Shown here one piece after another: positions 1-13,910 of a stretch of DNA of 64,000 nt. Within the stretch, counting starts at the first letter, position 1; each line of letters starts with the position of its first letter. Both the position numbers and the translations under genes were made by a program. Location: assembly GCF_009914755.1 (NCBI RefSeq), contig NC_060942.1; one strand, 5' to 3'. The notes under the pieces are model-generated. The model had not been told where the DNA came from and ran no database searches. It saw only the letters and a list, made by a program, of their open reading frames with translations. This DNA is from the human T2T-CHM13v2.0 reference genome, Homo sapiens.

Positions 1-649
1 AATTCTACAGAGGGAAATAGAAGTGTTCCAAGAAAATATAAAAGGGAAGCCCATTTATTTCATAGAACTTGAAGAACTCTTAGGATGTAGGCTTTTCTGA
101 GAAAGGGACATTTTAGCTGACATTTGACAAATGATTAAGACAGACTAAAATGGAACAAAAAGCATTCCATGAAATGAGAAAAAAAAATTGTTCCTGCTAT
201 AGAAAAAAAAAAAAAGCTTGCTCTACTGGAGAAGTGTAAGAGGAACATGAGGCTGTAATTTGAGTAAGATCAATAGAGTAGTTTACAATGTCAGACAAAA
301 TTCCTATTATTCAGGGCTTGTACATTAATCAAGGATGTCTTACTTTATCCTTAGTGAAATGAGAAATCTTTATGTTGTTCAAAGAAAGACAATGACATGC
401 TCACTTTTAGCTCCTAAATGATTTCTTGAGTTATTCGATGGAAATTTCACTGGAAGCAGACAAAGGGAGGATGGAGACTCTGTTTTGATTCATTACAATA
501 ATTTAAGAAAGAGATATTGTTAAGTTAAACTCAAGGAGTGGCAGTGAAAGAGTAATGCATGCACATTTGAGATATATTCCTCCTACTCAGGCTTTCTTTA
601 ATCATTAAAATATTATAAAATGTACATTTTAAGAATTCATATTTTATTT

Positions 650-2105
650 CAAAATTTTATTTTATTTTAAGTTCCGGGATAAATGTGCAAGACATGCAGA
701 TTTGTTACTTAAGTAAATGTGTGCCCTGGTGGTTTGCTGAATCTATCAACCCATCACCTAGGTATTAAGCCTCACATGCATTAGCTATTTATCCTGATGC
801 TCTCCATCCCTCTGCTCACAAGACAGGCCCCAGTTTGTGTTGTTCCCCTCTCTGTGTCCATGCGTTCTCATTGTTCAGCTCTCACTTATAAGTGTGGACA
901 TGCGGTGTTTGGTTATTTGTTCCTGTGTCAGTTTGCTGAGGATAATGGCTTCCAGCTCCTCCAATGTTCCTGCAAAGGACATGATCTTGTTCCTTTTTGT
1001 GGCTGCATAGTATTCCATGGTGTATATGTACCACATTTTCTTTATCCAGTCTATCACTGATGGACATTTGGGTTGATTCCACATCTTTGCTATTGTGAAT
1101 AATGCTGCAATGAACATACACGTGCATGTATCTTTATAACGGAATGATTTACATTCCTTCGGGTATATACACAGTAATGGGATTGCTGGGTCAAATGGTA
1201 CTCCTGGTTCTAGGTATTTGAGGAATCACCATACTGTCTTCCACAATGGTTGAACTAATTTACGTTCCCACCAAAAGTGTAAAAGCATTCCTATTTCTCC
1301 ACAGCATTGCCAGCATCTGTTGTTTCTTGGCTTTTTAATAATTGCTGTTCAAACTGGCATGAGATGGTATCTCATTGTGGTTTTGATTTGCATTTCCCTA
1401 ATGATCAGTGATGTTGAGCTTTTTTCATGTGTTTGTTGGCCCCATAAATGTCTTCTTTTGAGAAGTGTCTGTCCATGTCCTTTGCTTGCTTTTTAATGGG
1501 GTTGTTTGTTTTTTTTCTTGTAAATTTGTTTAAGTTCCTTGTAGATTGTACATACTAGACCTTTGTCAGATGGATAGATCGCAAAATTTTTCTCCCATTC
1601 TGTAGGTTGCCTATTCACTCTGATGATAGTTTCTTTTGCCTTGCACAAGCTCTTTAGTTTAATTAGATCCCATTTGTCAATTTTTGCTTTTTTTTTTGCA
1701 ATTGCTTTTGACATTTCATCATGAAATCTTTACCCATGCCTATGTCCTGAATAGTATTGCCTAGATTTTCTTCTAGGGTTTTTATAGTTTTGGGTTTTAC
1801 ATTTAAGTCTTTAGTCCATCTTGTGTTAATTTTTGTATGAGGTGTAAGGAAGGGGTCCAGTTTCAATTTTCTGCATATGGCAACCTTTTTTTCCCAGCAC
1901 CGTTTATTAAATAGGTAATCCTTTTCCCATTGCTTGTTTTTGTCAGGTTTGTTGAAGATCAGATGGCTGTAGATGTGCAGTTCTATTTCTGTGATCCCTA
2001 TTCTGCTCTACTAGTCTATGTGTCTGTTTTTGTACCAGTATCATGCTGTTTTAGTTATTGTAGCCTTGTAATGAAGTTTGAAGTTGGATAGCATAGTGTC
2101 TTCCA
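650..2105 (-). mobile_element. L1PA (about L1PA8-10) 3' end: ORF2 C-terminus, 3'UTR and poly(A); 5'-truncated
   Basis: T-rich tail at ~650-668. Minus-strand ORFs give L1 ORF2 peptides ([48 protein letters not shown]). The 3'UTR is of L1PA type. Confidence 0.93.
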
Positions 2106-2151
2106 GGAAAAGGAGATGGTGTGTTAAAAGCACCAAATCCATCTGACAAAG

Positions 2152-2717
2152 GTCCTTCACCCACTTTTCAATGGAGTGGTTGTTTTTGCTTGTTGAATTA
2201 TTTAAGGTTCTTATAGATTCTTGATATTACACCTTTATCATTTGCATAGTTTGTAAATATTTTCTGCCATTGTGGGGTTCTCTGTTTATTTTGTTGCTAG
2301 TTTCTTTAGCTGTGCCAATGCTCATTACTTTAAGTTTAATTTGTAAATTTTTGTTTTTGTTGCAATTGAGTCTGTGAACTGTGTCATAAATTCTTTGCCA
2401 AGGCCTATGTCCACAGTGGTATTTCCTAGGTTTACTTCTAGGATTTTTAAGTTTTAGGGCTTACATTTAAATCATTAATCCACCTTTAGTTAATTTTTGT
2501 ATATGGTGAAATGCTGGGGTCCATTTTCATTCTTCTGCCTGTCCCAGCATCATTTATTGAATAGAGAGTCTTTTCCCCTTTGCTTGTTTTTGTTGACTTT
2601 GTTGAAGTTCAGATGATTATAAGTGTGTGACTTCATTTCTGGGTTCTCTGTTCTGTTCCATTGTTCTATGTTTCTGTTTGTGTACCAGTGCCATGCTGTT
2701 TTGGATATGGTGGCCTT
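2152..2717 (-). mobile_element. Second, internal L1 ORF2 fragment (older L1PA/L1PB type)
   Basis: Parallels the same ORF2 segment as ~1477-2070 with different substitutions. Peptide [22 protein letters not shown]...GKDSLFNK. Confidence 0.85.
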
Positions 2718-3790
2718 ATTTACTTGCCTTATTGTGCTGGTGAGAAGCTTCAGTTCAATGTTGCATAAAAGTATTGAGAGTGGGTACACTCATCTTACTC
2801 CTGATCTTAGGCAGAAGGAATTGAATCTTTCAATATAAGGTATGTAATTAACCACAGACTTTTCACAGATGACTTTAATCAGAATAAGTGAATTATTTTC
2901 TATACTTATGTTTTATCATGAATGTTTACTTTTTTTCACATCTTTTCTATATGTATTGAAATTTTATATGGTTTTTCTCCTTCATTATTTTAATTTAATG
3001 AGTAATAATGTTTGATTTGCCAATTTTATATTAACCTTGCATTGCTGGATAAATGGCACTTGGTCATAGTGTATAATCCTTTTTATATATTGTTGGATTT
3101 GGATGCTAAAACTTTGCTAAGGATTTTTGTATCTGTATTGATGAGGTATATTTTTCATCCTTATGATGTATTTTTCCATTTTATTGTCAGAACAATGCTG
3201 GCATTATAATATTTAGTTTCTGGAAGTTTGTGTATTATACATTCAGTTATCTTTTAAATTCCAAAACATTATTTATTATTTTTTCTGGAAAAATTTTATT
3301 CATTTATTTATTTTAGAGACAGAGTCTGGCTTTGTCACCAAGGCTGGAGTTCACTGCAGCCTGGAACTCCTAGACTCAAGCGATCTTCCTGCCTTAGCAG
3401 CCAAGTAGCTGGGACAACAGGCACTCATCACTATGCATGGCTATTTTATTTTTAACTTTTTTTTTGTAGAGACAGGCTCTCTCTCTGTCATCCAGGTTGG
3501 TCTCAAACACCTGGCCTCAAGCAATCCTCCTGCCTTCACCTCCCAAATTGCTAGGATTACAGGTGTGAGCCACCATACCTGGCCTTATTTATTTATTAAA
3601 TAATATGATAGAGTTTCCCAGTGAAGTGACGTGGGTGGTGATGTTTCTTTGGGAATATTTGAAATTACGAACTAATTTTATTTAATTAATATAGGTATAT
3701 TAAAGCTTTCTATTTCTTCTTGAGTAAGTTTTGGTAGTTTGTATTTTTTTTTAAGCTTTGTCCATTTCATGGTAAGTTGCAAGTTTTCTT
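2718..3790 (-). mobile_element. Old L1M ORF2 remnant interrupted by an AluJ
   Basis: Degenerate L1 ORF2-like text (gggtacactcatcttactcctgatcttagg, ggatttttgtatctgtattgatgagg). Confidence 0.65.
3295..3584 (-). mobile_element. AluJ
   Basis: Alu dimer with AluJ-type aagcaatcctcctgcc, ending gagccaccatacctggcc. Confidence 0.9.
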
Positions 3791-3914
3791 GAGAGGAAAA
3801 ATTAAATGTTAAATGTTGTAAATTTTAAAATATTACAATCAAATAATACATATTTGAAAGTGACAGCATAGAATTATTTTAATTACAGCTTTAGCTAATC
3901 GTTACTACAACCAC

Positions 3915-4162
3915 CTTATAGACAAGATTTATTAAGATATGCAAACACAGAATGCCTCCATATTCTGATGGCATCCAATATTGAGCAAAGCCCTGGTTCC
4001 TTGAACTCTCCCCAGAATTATCTAGCACAAGCCCAAATTCTATAATTAACCCTTTCTAACAGTCTGTTATTGTGATGTGTTCTCCTTCACTGCAATGAGT
4101 TATCAACCTCACTTCTTCACCTATAGGTGGTTCCTGGCAGTCTTTGAGTGAAGAGCACTGAC
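3915..4162 (+). mobile_element. Probable 3' half of an old ERV LTR (family uncertain)
   Basis: LTR-like text ending ...agcactgaca (terminal CA). Confidence 0.35.
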
Positions 4163-5442
4163 AAATCCAATTAAACTTTAAATAGAAATGAGATTTCTGT
4201 TAGCTATGCAAATTGTATACTGGTAATATTGTATACTGGTGTATACTGGTAATCCCTCTAACCCCATTTCTAATGCCAGTTGGGATGATAGCACTACATC
4301 ATGTTTGGCAATGAAAAGTAAAATAGGCTAACAATAGCTGTGAAGAGTTCTTTGAGCTCACACAGTGATAAATCTACTTTTAAGTTCTCCCTTAATGTAT
4401 TTTAGTACAATTAATTAGTACTATAGAACATATAAATGTTTAACTGTGTTCATTTTGTTTACTTCTAAATATTAATAGTCACACTAACATTGTTTTATAG
4501 TGATTTAGTTTTATAGTACATAATACTTGTTATAAATTAATGAGTTTTTGGTACATAAATATGTTTAGTGGCTATTAGTAGCAAGATGGAATATTTCAGA
4601 TGATTATTGCATTTGCATTAATTTAGAATTATTAAAAAATGATCTGGCTAACTAGAGTACAGCCTACAGGAATCAGATTTTAAAAAGTAATGTTAACATT
4701 CCAAATGTTTTTATATATTCTCAAAATTCCACTCGATTATGGGGACCAAAGTGGATCATATGTAGATTAAAAGCCTGATAATATAAGAAATATATACAAG
4801 AAATCATGAAAATTTGCTTCATTAGTAAATGTTTAATCAAGTATAGATTTGTATAATTTTTCTATCATGATCAAATGTGGATATTTTGAATGCCATTGTA
4901 ATTTTCAGTAAATGTTGATTTTTTTTCCTAAATATTTGAGTCATACTTCAATTTCAGCCTATTTAAGATTGGAATTTCTTAACATTCTAATAAACTGTTG
5001 AATTTTATACCATTATATTATTTTGCTTGTATTGAACAAAATGTCTTTACCATTTCAGGTCTATTTTAACCTTCACTGATTAAAATAATAATAATTGGTG
5101 TTTCCTTATATCTTAATTAGTCAGCTAAGGCCTATCACAATACAAAGTAGTTGTTCTTTTCATCTATATTTATTTTTTAAACCTTAACTTATAATTTTAT
5201 CTAATTATTATGTTTTCTGTAATCAAGACAATCATCAAGTCTCTAGACTTTATAGCTTTACCATTATTTTCTCATCATTCAAAGATGAACATTTTCAATG
5301 CACATGTCTGCAAATCAGACAGATATGCATATTGGCTCAACCTGAAATATAGCACATACTTTTTGAATTAAATATATTGCCGTCATTACTTCTTTTGTCA
5401 TTTTACTTTTTTAACTTTATTCCATATTTTTCACTAATTTAA

Positions 5443-5812
<370 letters not shown>

Positions 5813-6327
5813 AAATCCCCATTTCTTGAGCCAGAAATTTATTTTGCCTGTATGACAAATTTCATGGAAAACCATATCATATGCTTTTATAAAAAGAAGT
5901 CTATTTAAATATATTTACAAATGTCATCCAGTATACACTATATTTTTCCAACTCCATTGGAAAAATTGCTACTTTAAAATATAGCAATCACTAAAACCTG
6001 TTAACTGTATCTACTCCTATTTCAGTGAGAGATGGTAGGTAAACAATAGAAATAAATTAAACAATAAATATTTAATGCCTAATATACATTTGGAATTATT
6101 AAGAAAGCAACTAATACTGATTCTGAAAAGAAAACATTAAACAAAAGCAAGATGATGTTATTAATGATTTGTCCTAATTCTTTCTTTACTCTATCTATTA
6201 AAGTTTTCTTTAATAAAGAACGCTACCTTCGAAGAATGCTAGCATGCCAAGGAATAGACTCTCTTTTGTTGAATTATAGTAATAAAACACCTCTTGTTGA
6301 TGGAGTGAAGTTATATTTACTTTTCAG

Positions 6328-6329
<2 letters not shown>

Positions 6330-6363
<34 letters not shown>
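6330..6363. repeat. (GT)n microsatellite
   Basis: Uninterrupted gt run of ~17 units. Confidence 0.97.
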
Positions 6364-6366
<3 letters not shown>

Positions 6367-7319
6367 TTTTCACTGAGCAAAAAGAGAATGAGATATGTTG
6401 TAAACAGTCATGTTTTATTTCCCAGTTATGTTTAGGATTGAACACAGTTAAGCTGCTCTCACAAAGAGATGCAAAAATGGAGATGCACAATAAAAGTAGA
6501 AGTATATTTCTGTCTCATGTCATTGCAGTCAAGTAGATAAATAGTCCAGAATAGATAGGTAGTTACTCTCCACTGGGTTACCATGGGAGGTAGTAGTTAT
6601 TTGCTTTTCCTTAAATATGTCTCCAAACGCTATGGTCTCTCAAACATAATACTGGGTAAAAGGAAGTTTATACTAAACAGCCATACCAACTAATTAAATC
6701 TGTGTGACACATAGAAACCGTTTTTGTTTCTCTGAATTTAACTCCTAATAGTATGTTTTATCACAGCATTTTTATTTAGCATTTTTAAAAACTTCATCCA
6801 TAAAAATTCCATATTTATTTTTACAATCATAATTTAGCGAAGATAAGCAAATGTCTTTCTACTAAACTTTGGGAAATCTAGCTCAATGGTTCAACCTGAA
6901 AATAGTTCACTTAAATTTCAAACACAGTGTTTGGAATGGAATAAGTAACAACTTGTCAACTGAACAATGACAGAGTAAACCTGAGAATCAGTTACAAAGA
7001 CTTGGTAACATATAAGAATCACACTTGTTCTAATGTTATTCTTAGAAGCTATTCATCTGACATTTGCCTGATTTTCACTTGTCCTTTAAAGGGAAAGATC
7101 TTATTGGTTACAACAACAATACATCCAATTCAACTGAATGTAATGTGTCCTTGTAAATTACTATATTGGCAGTGTAGGTTATGTAACTTTCTCCTCTCAG
7201 ATTATATACTTTGAGTTTACCCCCAGGAATCTACTGTTGGTGTACATTCAAATGTATTTTTGATACTGCACAACTCAGGAACAAATTCAGGATCATAGTG
7301 ATTTTATTGACAAAAATTA

Positions 7320-7800
7320 TCTCATTAATATTTATTAAATACCATCTATGTGCCAAACATTGCATGAGGGACAGAGTGAGGCAGAACTGAAGAAAATATA
7401 TAGTTCCTGCTCTCAGGGAAATTATATTTTTAGATGTGAAAATTCAAATTATAACAAATCTGTATGGTATTCTCATTTCCGAGTCCCACTTATAAGATGA
7501 CACATGAGAAAATACCTGGGAGAGACGAGGACTTGAGATATACTAATATCCTGAGATGGGTACGACAGAGAGGAACAGTTAGAGCTGACATGCTGAGGTT
7601 GGCACAGGCTAACAACACTTGAGGAGAGGCAGAGAGACTGGGATGGCCACAGAAAGTGATGAGAAGAGAAGATGACATCAGAAAGGTGACAGAAACTAAA
7701 CATATGCCACTGGAAGGTGTTTTGTTTTCATTCTAAATAAAACAGGATGCTTTTGGAGAGTTTGGGGAAGATGGAACCTAAAAACGTCACTCTGCTGCTT
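7320..7800 (-). mobile_element. L2 3'-end remnant
   Basis: tatttattaaataccatctatgtgccaaac and later text resemble an antisense L2 3' end. Confidence 0.55.
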
Positions 7801-7809
7801 TGCAAGATA

Positions 7810-8154
7810 CAATCGCTCCTCAGTGTCTGGTGCGGGATGGGTTCCAGGAGCCCCCTGAATACCAAAATCCACAGATGCTCAAGTCCTTGATATAAAATGG
7901 CGTAGTATTTTCATACAACCTATACACATCCTCCTCTGTATTTTAAATCATCTCTAGACTACTTGCAATACCTAATACAATGTAAATGCTCTGTCAATAG
8001 TTGTTATACTATATTGTTCAGGGAATAGTGACAAGAAAAAAAAAAGGCTGTGCATGTTCATTAAAGACTCAACCATCAGAGACATAACTATCGTTTTGAC
8101 CCACGGTTGGTTCAATCTGTGAATTCAGAACCGACAGAGATGGAGGGCCAACTG
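7810..8154 (+). mobile_element. MER2 (TcMar-Tigger MITE)
   Basis: gggttccaggagccccctgaataccaaaatccacagatgctcaagtccttgatataaaatggcgtagta matches recalled MER2. TIR-like end ...gagggccaactg, with TA before the start. Confidence 0.9.
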
Positions 8155-8482
8155 TGTATTGTAACAGAACATACGGGCAGGCAAGGCAACAAGTTCATAG
8201 GTATTATAATAATGTAGAAAAGAAATGATGATAGACAGACATGACAAAAGATAGACAGATAGATTAAAAAGATAATGGAGAGAGAAAGATACAAATATAG
8301 ATAAGCTAGTGTCATTAGAGATGCCTCTAAGGGGTGCCAAAATGATTTTCAAATATGGCCAAATAGTTTTAAAAATATATACTAATCAAATTTCTTTAGT
8401 TTTAATCATATCTGGTCAATTTTCTTTTTTCTTTCATTAGGCATGCAATAATGAAATTTTAGTTTTAGATTTTCTGTTCTAG

Positions 8483-8924
8483 AGTTGTTTAATTATGAGA
8501 ATAGTAGAACTTTCCCTGGTGACGGAAATATCTCCTGCACTTTGCAACATGTGAGCCACTAGGCATGCATGAGCACCAAGAATGAGGCTGTTCTCTGCAC
8601 TAACCAACATGTGAGCCACCAGGCATGCATGAGCACCAAGAATGAGGCTGTTCTCTGCACTAACCAACATGTGAGCCACCAGGCATGCATGAGCACCAAG
8701 AATGAGGCTGTTCTCTGCACTTTCCAACATGTGAGCCACGAGGCATGCGTGAGCACCAAGAATGAGGCTGTTCTCTGCACTAACCAACATGTGAGCCACT
8801 AGGCATGCGTGAGCACCAGGATTGAGGCCTGGTGTGAGCGAAAACTAAATTTTTAATTTAATTTAATTTAATCTATAGTAACAAATCTAAATACATGCAT
8901 GAGGCTACTTATTGGACAGTGTAG
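8483..8924 (+). mobile_element. MER3-like hAT-Charlie MITE with an internal tandem expansion
   Basis: agaactttccctggtgacggaaata ... aactaaatttttaatttaatt ... ggctacttattggacagtgtag follows the MER3 layout. Confidence 0.7.
8535..8828. repeat. 60-bp minisatellite, about 5 copies
   Basis: Unit ctgcactaaccaacatgtgagccaccaggcatgcatgagcaccaagaatgaggctgttct recurs at exact 60-bp period with few substitutions. Confidence 0.97.
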
Positions 8925-10910
8925 TTTTAGAATATAGTGGCAGGTACGGAGAGAGGCTGTTATTGGAAGAGTCAGACATTGGAGGAGGAATTCTGAAGTC
9001 CTATTCACTTTCTACTTTTAATTTGAGTAATGATTACAAGAATGTTCCTGTTATAATTATTGGTCAAACTACATATGTATGCTTTATAACTTTTTCTGTG
9101 TTTTAGTGTTACACACACAAACATACAAACAGCCCAAACTAACACAAAGAGATAATAGGAGGTACGGGTGTGAAGACAAGTAGTGCACATGACTTTCTGA
9201 AGAAACTGAGATGTAAAGTCCAAAGTAATTAGAACCTGAAATTGAAAGGGATATATCAGTCCATCTGATAAATAGTTACTATTTAATTAGGTTGAGAAGT
9301 CTATATGCTAATTAACGGGCATTTAGTAACAAAGACGATTTAGAACTACAGAAATTCAGATTAAACTATAGAGCAAGATGCATGAGTAGGGGGAAAATTA
9401 TGTGGCATGTTCAGTGGTAGACAGGTTTAGAGGTGAGTGAACAGAAAGTTAATCTCTTATTGCTTGTGACTAATTTCTCTACATTTTCTCTAGGTCCAGT
9501 GGGCTACATTCTATTAATCTCTATTTTCTCTTTCAGATGGGAGACCATGATATCTTGATAAGAGGGAAATTAATGAAGTGGAGTAAAACTACAAGCATCA
9601 TAAAATCTTTCAAAACTGTGAGGAATGCTGGAAAAGATTTAGGATGACAGAAATGGATTAGGAATTGGCCCATTTACTTTTAGGGGAAAGTATGAGCGAA
9701 GAAAATAATTTAGAATTTGTGTGAAACTAGATGAACAGAACACTTGCACACAACAGTAGCATTATTAGCCTGCATTTGTCCCGTGTATTAGAAATTTCAA
9801 GGAATTCCACACGTATTATTATTAGATTCTTATAGTACATACTTCTTTGAGTAAGGCAATAATTTTATTCCTAATTAATTCAATGATGGTTAAATTGGAA
9901 ATGATTTAACTTGCTAAGATCAAATACCTGGTGTTAAAGCAAATTACTCATGCCGTTCTGCTGATAGAACTGCTCATACTACATTAATTATATAACATCC
10001 ACTAACTAAAGAAAAATCAAAAGCTCCAAAATTGAATTCTTCTCTTATTCTTTCTACTTCTCCTTCTCTTATTCATCTTCTTCCTGCTTTGGGAAACACA
10101 TAACATGATTTTTATATCAATGTAGTCAGAAAGTATCCAGAAAAGTGTATTTCTAGAGAGAGTTTGGGTTTGCCTTTTTTTTTTCCCATTATAGTAATCA
10201 AAATCGCCCGCAACTGTCTCACTGATACCTAATTACAAACTGTTATTTTGGACTGTAGACCCAGAGAACAGACAATGGAGGAAAGACAAATAATTAATGT
10301 TAACCAGAAATAGAAAAGTATATTAATTTGGTGAAAATGCCATTAAGTAGTACAAGAAAATAGTAACCTCTGGTATTCAAAGGTTTTCTGCTTATAATTT
10401 CATAGAAAATCTTCAGAAAATTACTTTATATTGTGCCTCCATTTTCTTCCAACTGTTAATTTATTATTTGAATACTCTTCCTTTGGAGTGACACTTAATG
10501 TGTCCCAGATTTGAAGGTACCTGTGTAGACAGTCAAACATACATTAAGTTCATATTCACTTTGAGAATAACATCAACTCTTTCTTCCCTACACATAAAAC
10601 CAGTTTTTCAATTCTTAGAATATGAAAAGTTGTTTAGAGACTACTAGAGATAATTTAATTCAATATGCACATTATTGATCAGAGGATCCAAAAGTGATTA
10701 ATCAGAAAATTTTATATTAAAATTGTAAATAGTCAAGACAAAAGTTTTATTTTTTAATTGGATAATAAACTAATAGAGTTACACATTAATTTATTCAGAC
10801 TCAAGTAAAACCAAAGAAATGAACAATGCCAGCAACCACACAAGCCTGCTCATAGCACACTCTTGGTTTAGAGTTTATTTCATTTAGTAAAATAATTTTT
10901 TAAAAAGTTT

Positions 10911-11205
<295 letters not shown>

Positions 11206-12379
11206 CTATAGTTTCCTTATATTTAAATTCTAAAAATTTATTAGCCACTCATGGTAGTTGAAAAATTTTCATTTTACCAGCTAAAAATCACATTTCTATG
11301 CACTGATGCCCAATTCACTTTGCAACAATAGCAAGTGTCTCCGTGCATTACACATAGTGTTGCTGCCAACTCATTGTTTAGTGGAATTAGCTGTTGCTCT
11401 GAGAATCCATAATGGGATAACACTTATAAGCAACTTGCATTCAAATGTGATATTATTTGAAGTGAAGCTATCAAGTTCCAAATTTGTTTTTCTTTTTCTT
11501 CTTGTTTCTATTGTTTGTCTTCCCTTTGGCAAGTAAGAAATAATTTTAATTATAGAAGCAATTACATTACTAAGTCTAATAATAGTATTATATTAAAAAA
11601 AGTATTTAGTTTCAAAAGAGCTGTTATGGCTTACACTGCAAGTTGTCGCTATGCAAGTCAATGACCTAAATGAAAACAGGGAACACTCCTGGATAATAGG
11701 CTTTATGAAAATGATTATATGGGTGTGTTTAATCTCTAGATCATATTGGTTGTAATTCTCACTAGAAATGTAAGAAGGTGAGTTTAATTTTTTTAAAAAA
11801 AGAACAAGAAAGAATGCCTCACCATGTAAACAACTTATGCCATCTGAAAATCCCTATGATTAATATCTTAATTATTGTTTATGACTTTAGAACTCAGTGA
11901 CGTGTGAAGGCAATGTTAACTTTAATCAATGAGATGCAAAAGTCAATTTAATTGTCACAAGGCATTTGCTATTACCAGCATGTTGATGTGGTATATTTAC
12001 ATAATGACTCTTTTAAGCAAAAAAATACCTTTCTGTTTTAATTGAATAGAATGACTTCATTATTTTTTCAACCTCTACTGGCTTTTAAAGAATGTACATT
12101 TAGTTTGCATAGGAACAAGTGAGCAATATTTTTGCCCATGGTTGCTTGAAGCAGTCCTGCTGTAGCCAAAGTAGTTAAATATTCTTTTCATTCTTATATT
12201 TACTCATTCAACAAGTATGCCTCATGTGCCAAGTGGAGAGGAAAAAGTGAGAAAGGAAATATGATTGCTGAATTAATAAAACTCATAGTCTATTGGGGGA
12301 TAGAGATAATTGAAAAAGCCCTATATACATTTTCTAGTTAAAATTGGATTGAGTGCTATGAAAGAGAGCAACTAGGTAC

Positions 12380-13343
12380 TGTTAATGCAAAAAGCAAAGT
12401 CTGTGAAATACTTAAAGAGGTTTATTTCGAGCCAGTATGAGTGACCATGGTGAGGAACAATCTCAGGAGGTCCCAAGAAAGTGCGCCCAAGTCAGTTGGG
12501 TTATAGTTTGGTTTTCTCCATTTTAGGGAGATAGAAATTATGGACAAAGATATAAATCAATACATGTAAGTTATATATAAGCTTGGTGGCTTGGAAAGGC
12601 AAGACATCTCAAAATGGGGTTGGGGTGGAGTGGGGGAATGTTGGAGGTGTTACAGATGCTCACAGGTGAATTCAAAGATTTTCTTATGGCAATTGGTTGA
12701 AAAAGTTAAACTTTGTCCAAGGACTTTGTCCAAGTCAGTAGAAATAAATATTTGAGTTAAGACAGGGGCAGGCTGGGGAAGCCAAGTTTTTTTTTATTAT
12801 GTAGATGAAGCCTCCAGGTGGCAATCTACCAAAAGAATAGATAGTTAATATCTTTTTTTAGACCTTAAAAAATGTCAGACTCTTAGGAGTCAATCTCTCC
12901 TAGATCCTAGAAAGTCTTGGCTGTATTAAGGGAGATTCTCTACAGATGTAAGTTTCCTCCACAAAATACAGCTTTACAGAACCATTTCAAAATATGTCAA
13001 AGAAATATATTTTGGGGTGGTCTGCTGTTTGTCTTGTGATGCTACACCAGAGTCAGGTTGGAATTGGTATTTTATAGCCACAAAAAGTCTGTTTTGTCCA
13101 CCTTATGATCTCTATTTTAATGTTAATGCTGGTCAGTTGTGCCTAATCTTTAAAAGGGAGGATTTATGACGCAATGTGCCCAACCCCTATTCCCATGATG
13201 GCTACAAATTTTATATTTTTGAGGTTTCTCTGAAGTCGCCTTGGCCCAGAGGCCACAAAGACTGTTAAGTTATCTTACTTAAGGACTAGTTATTGTTTAC
13301 CTTGAAAACTTGAGTGGTCCATTCAGATGGTTGCAGGGCTTAG
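12380..13343 (-). mobile_element. MER4-family (MER4D/E-like) ERV1 LTR
   Basis: gaggtttatttcgagccagtatgagtgaccatgg...ctcaggaggtcccaagaaagtgcgcccaag and end ccattcagatggttgcagggcttag, the reverse complement of the MER4 5' region. Confidence 0.82.
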
Positions 13344-13608
13344 TGTAACCAAGTATTTCAACTTTAAAATAAATCTTAGAACTTATTTTTCCCCATTTCT
13401 CTCTAGTTTTATAGAGAGAACACTAACTGAGACCCTAACCATAGGGATGTAGCCTGACTAGAATATTATAGGACAGGCGTCTGAGCAGCTTTCAGAAAGG
13501 GAGTACCCAAACAAAAAAGCTTAAATAAAGTTCAAACAATTATTCAAAGATTGGCCCTTCTAAATATTGGAATGTGTTCATCAGATTTACCATAAACATA
13601 CAGATATA

Positions 13609-13910
13609 GGCCGGACATGGTAGTGTACACCTGTAATCCCAGCAATTTGAGAGGCTGAGGTGGGGAAATCACTTGAGTTCAGGAATTTCAGACATTCTGG
13701 GCAACATGGTGAAAACCTGTTTCTAAAAAAATATGAAAATATTAGCCAGGCATGGTGGTGCACACTTGTAGTCCCAGCTACTCAGGAGGCTGAGGTGGGA
13801 TTGCTGCTTGAGCCCAGGAGGTCAAGGCTTCAGTGAGCCACAATTTTGCCACTGCACTGCAGCCTGGGTGACAGAATGAGATCCTATCTCAAAAAAAAAA
13901 AAAAAAAAAA
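13609..13910 (+). mobile_element. AluJ inserted in ERV gag
   Basis: AluJ-type gagcccaggaggtcaaggct, poly(A), degraded TSD aaacatacagatata / aaaattactgatcta. Confidence 0.92.

Noticed and set aside
8535-8828. CRISPR-like array or repeat-protein ORFs (8479-8799 minus, 8569-8802 plus)
   Set aside because: Units are contiguous with no unique spacers, no cas genes are present and the DNA is primate. The ORFs stay open only because the 60-bp unit is a stop-free multiple of three.
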